A stretch of DNA of 64,000 bases from the human T2T-CHM13v2.0 reference genome, Homo sapiens: the NCBI RefSeq assembly GCF_009914755.1, contig NC_060942.1. One strand, given 5' to 3'. Positions 62,743 through 64,000 of the stretch are shown in pieces. The position numbers and the translations under genes are program-made. The notes under the pieces are model-generated. The model saw only the letters and a list, made by a program, of their open reading frames with translations, was not told where the DNA came from and ran no database searches. How positions within the stretch are numbered: position 1 is the first letter of the stretch; every line of letters starts with the position of its first letter.

Positions 62743-64000
62743 CAGAAGCATTCTCAGAAACTAGTTTCTGATGTGTGTCCTCAACTAACACAGTTGAACA
62801 TTTCTTTAGACAGAACAGTTTTGAAACTCTCTTTTTGTGGAATCTGCAAGTGGCTATTTGGCTAGATTTGAGGATTTCGTTGGAAACGGGATTACATATA
62901 AAAAGCAGACAGCACCATTCTCAGAACGTTCTTTGTGATGATTGCATTCAAGTCACAGAATTGAACATTCCCTTTCACAGAGCAGGTTTGAAACACTCTT
63001 TTTGTAGTGTGTGTAAGTGGACATTTGGAGCGCTTTCCGGCCTAAGGTGAAAAAGGAAATATCTTCCCATAAAAACTAGACAGAAGCATTCTCAGAAACT
63101 TACTCGTGGTGTGTGTCCTCAACTAAAGGAGTAGAACCTTTCTTTTCATAGAGAAGTTTTGAAACGCTCTTTTTGTGGAATCTGCAAGTGGATATTTGGC
63201 TAGTTTTGAAGATTTCGTTGGAAGCGGGAATTCATACAAATTGCAGACTGCAGCGTTCTGAGAAACATCTGTGTGATGTTTGTATTCAGGACACAGAGTT
63301 GAACATTCCTTATCATAGAGCAGGTTTGAATCACTCCTTTTGTAGTATCTGGAAGTGGACATTTGGAGCGCTTTCAGGCCTATGTTGGAAAAGGAAATAT
63401 CTTCCCATAACAACTAGACAGAAGCATTCTCAGAAACTTATTTGAGATGTGTGTACTCAACTAAGAGAATTGAACCACCGTTTTGAAGGAGCAGTTTTGA
63501 AACACTCTTTTTCTGGAATCTGCAAGTGGATATTTGGTTAGCTTTGGGGATTTCGCTGGAAGCGGGAATACATATAAAAAGCACACAGCAGCGTTCTGAG
63601 AAACTGCTTTCTGATGTTTGCATTCAAGTCAAAAGTTGAACACTCCCTTTCATAGTGCAGTCCTGAAACACTCCTTTTGTAGTATCTGGAACTGAACTTT
63701 TGGAGCGCTTTCAGGGCTAAGGTGAAAAAGGAAATATCTTCCCATAAAAACTGGACAGAAGCATTCTCAGAAACTTGTTTATGCTGTATCTACTCAACTA
63801 ACAAAGTTGAACCTTTCTTTTGATAGAGCAGTTTTGAAATGCTCTTTTTGTGGAATCTGCAAGTGGATATTTGGCTAGTTTTGAGGATTTCGTTGGAAGC
63901 GGGAATTCATACAAATTGCAGACTGCAGCGTTCTGAGAAACATCTTTGTGATGTTTGTATTCAGGACAGAGAGTTGAACATTCCCTATCATAGAGCAGGT
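62743..64000 (+). repeat. Partial HOR (monomers A-G and part of H), truncated by the window end
   Basis: Same monomer order, with elevated substitution density up to about 63700. Confidence 0.95.

Larger units (their letters stand above)
1..64000 (+). repeat. Centromeric alpha-satellite higher-order repeat array (12-mer, 2035 bp), dimeric CENP-B box/pJalpha organisation
   Basis: Monomers of about 171 bp begin with CAGAAGCATTCTCAGAAA-like motifs. Hallmark alphoid segments are present (TTTGAAACACTCTTTTTGT, GGAATCTGCAAGTGGATATTTGG, AAAAGGAAATATCTTCCCATAA). The ORF track recurs at an exact 2035-bp period (2743, 4778, 6813 ... 49548; 52600 ... 62775). No non-alphoid sequence was seen. Confidence 0.99.
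1..64000 (+). repeat. D18Z1: Probable identity: human chromosome 18 active centromeric array D18Z1 (S2C18H1L, SF2)
   Basis: Seen: 12-mer of 2035 bp with EcoRI sites (GAATTC) in monomers C and G, e.g. 3196, 3871, 5231, giving alternating 675/1360-bp fragments. Recalled knowledge: D18Z1 is a ~2.0-kb 12-mer SF2 HOR with characteristic ~0.68 and ~1.36-kb EcoRI fragments. Not confirmed by alignment. Confidence 0.8.

Noticed and set aside
33-63623. Hundreds of 61-96 aa ORFs on both strands (e.g. MLWEDISF..., MFQTCSTK..., MSSTNTVE...)
   Set aside because: They are chance open frames in alpha satellite that recur with the HOR period. They overlap on both strands, many start at non-ATG codons, they have no recognisable domain, and single SNVs create or destroy them (e.g. 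50153-50359).
1-64000. CRISPR-like pattern of a conserved motif (CAGAAGCATTCTCAGAAAC) separated by variable sequence
   Set aside because: The intervening ~150 bp are homologous to each other and repeat every 12 units, so they are not unique spacers. There are no cas genes or leader.
1-64000. A previously undescribed biological system or hidden cargo (L1/Alu insertion, inversion, foreign DNA)
   Set aside because: The period arithmetic accounts for every base (2710 + 23x2035 + 3052 + 5x2035 + 1258 = 64000). All monomers are in one orientation and no non-alphoid segment was seen.
1-64000. Assignment to DXZ1, the other well-known ~2-kb 12-mer HOR
   Set aside because: DXZ1 is pentameric (SF3, ~2057 bp, BamHI-defined). 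This array is strictly dimeric with a box in every second monomer and a 2035-bp unit.

Overview
The whole 64 kb is primate, most likely human, centromeric alpha-satellite DNA. It is one uninterrupted head-to-tail array of about 377 monomers of 167-171 bp, all in the same orientation. The monomers form a 2035-bp, 12-monomer higher-order repeat (HOR). I label the monomers A-L, with lengths 167, 171, 167, 171, 167, 170, 167, 171, 171, 171, 171, 171. CENP-B-box monomers alternate with pJalpha-type monomers. The 12-mer/2035-bp unit and the 675/1360-bp EcoRI spacing best fit the active chromosome 18 array D18Z1 (S2C18H1L, suprachromosomal family 2). That assignment is from recall and has not been checked by alignment. 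There are 28 canonical 12-mers, one 16-mer (1-2710), one 18-mer (49516-52567) and a partial unit at the right end. I see no genes, RNA genes, transposons or CRISPR array, and the ORF track is a repeat artefact. I found no previously undescribed biological system. The real signal is a readable record of array evolution: two structural variant HORs with mappable breakpoints, chimeric monomers inside the HOR, SNV-defined 3-HOR and 6-HOR super-periods, one broken CENP-B box, and a sharply more divergent patch near 62.3-63.7 kb. All SNV calls were made by eye and may be incomplete.
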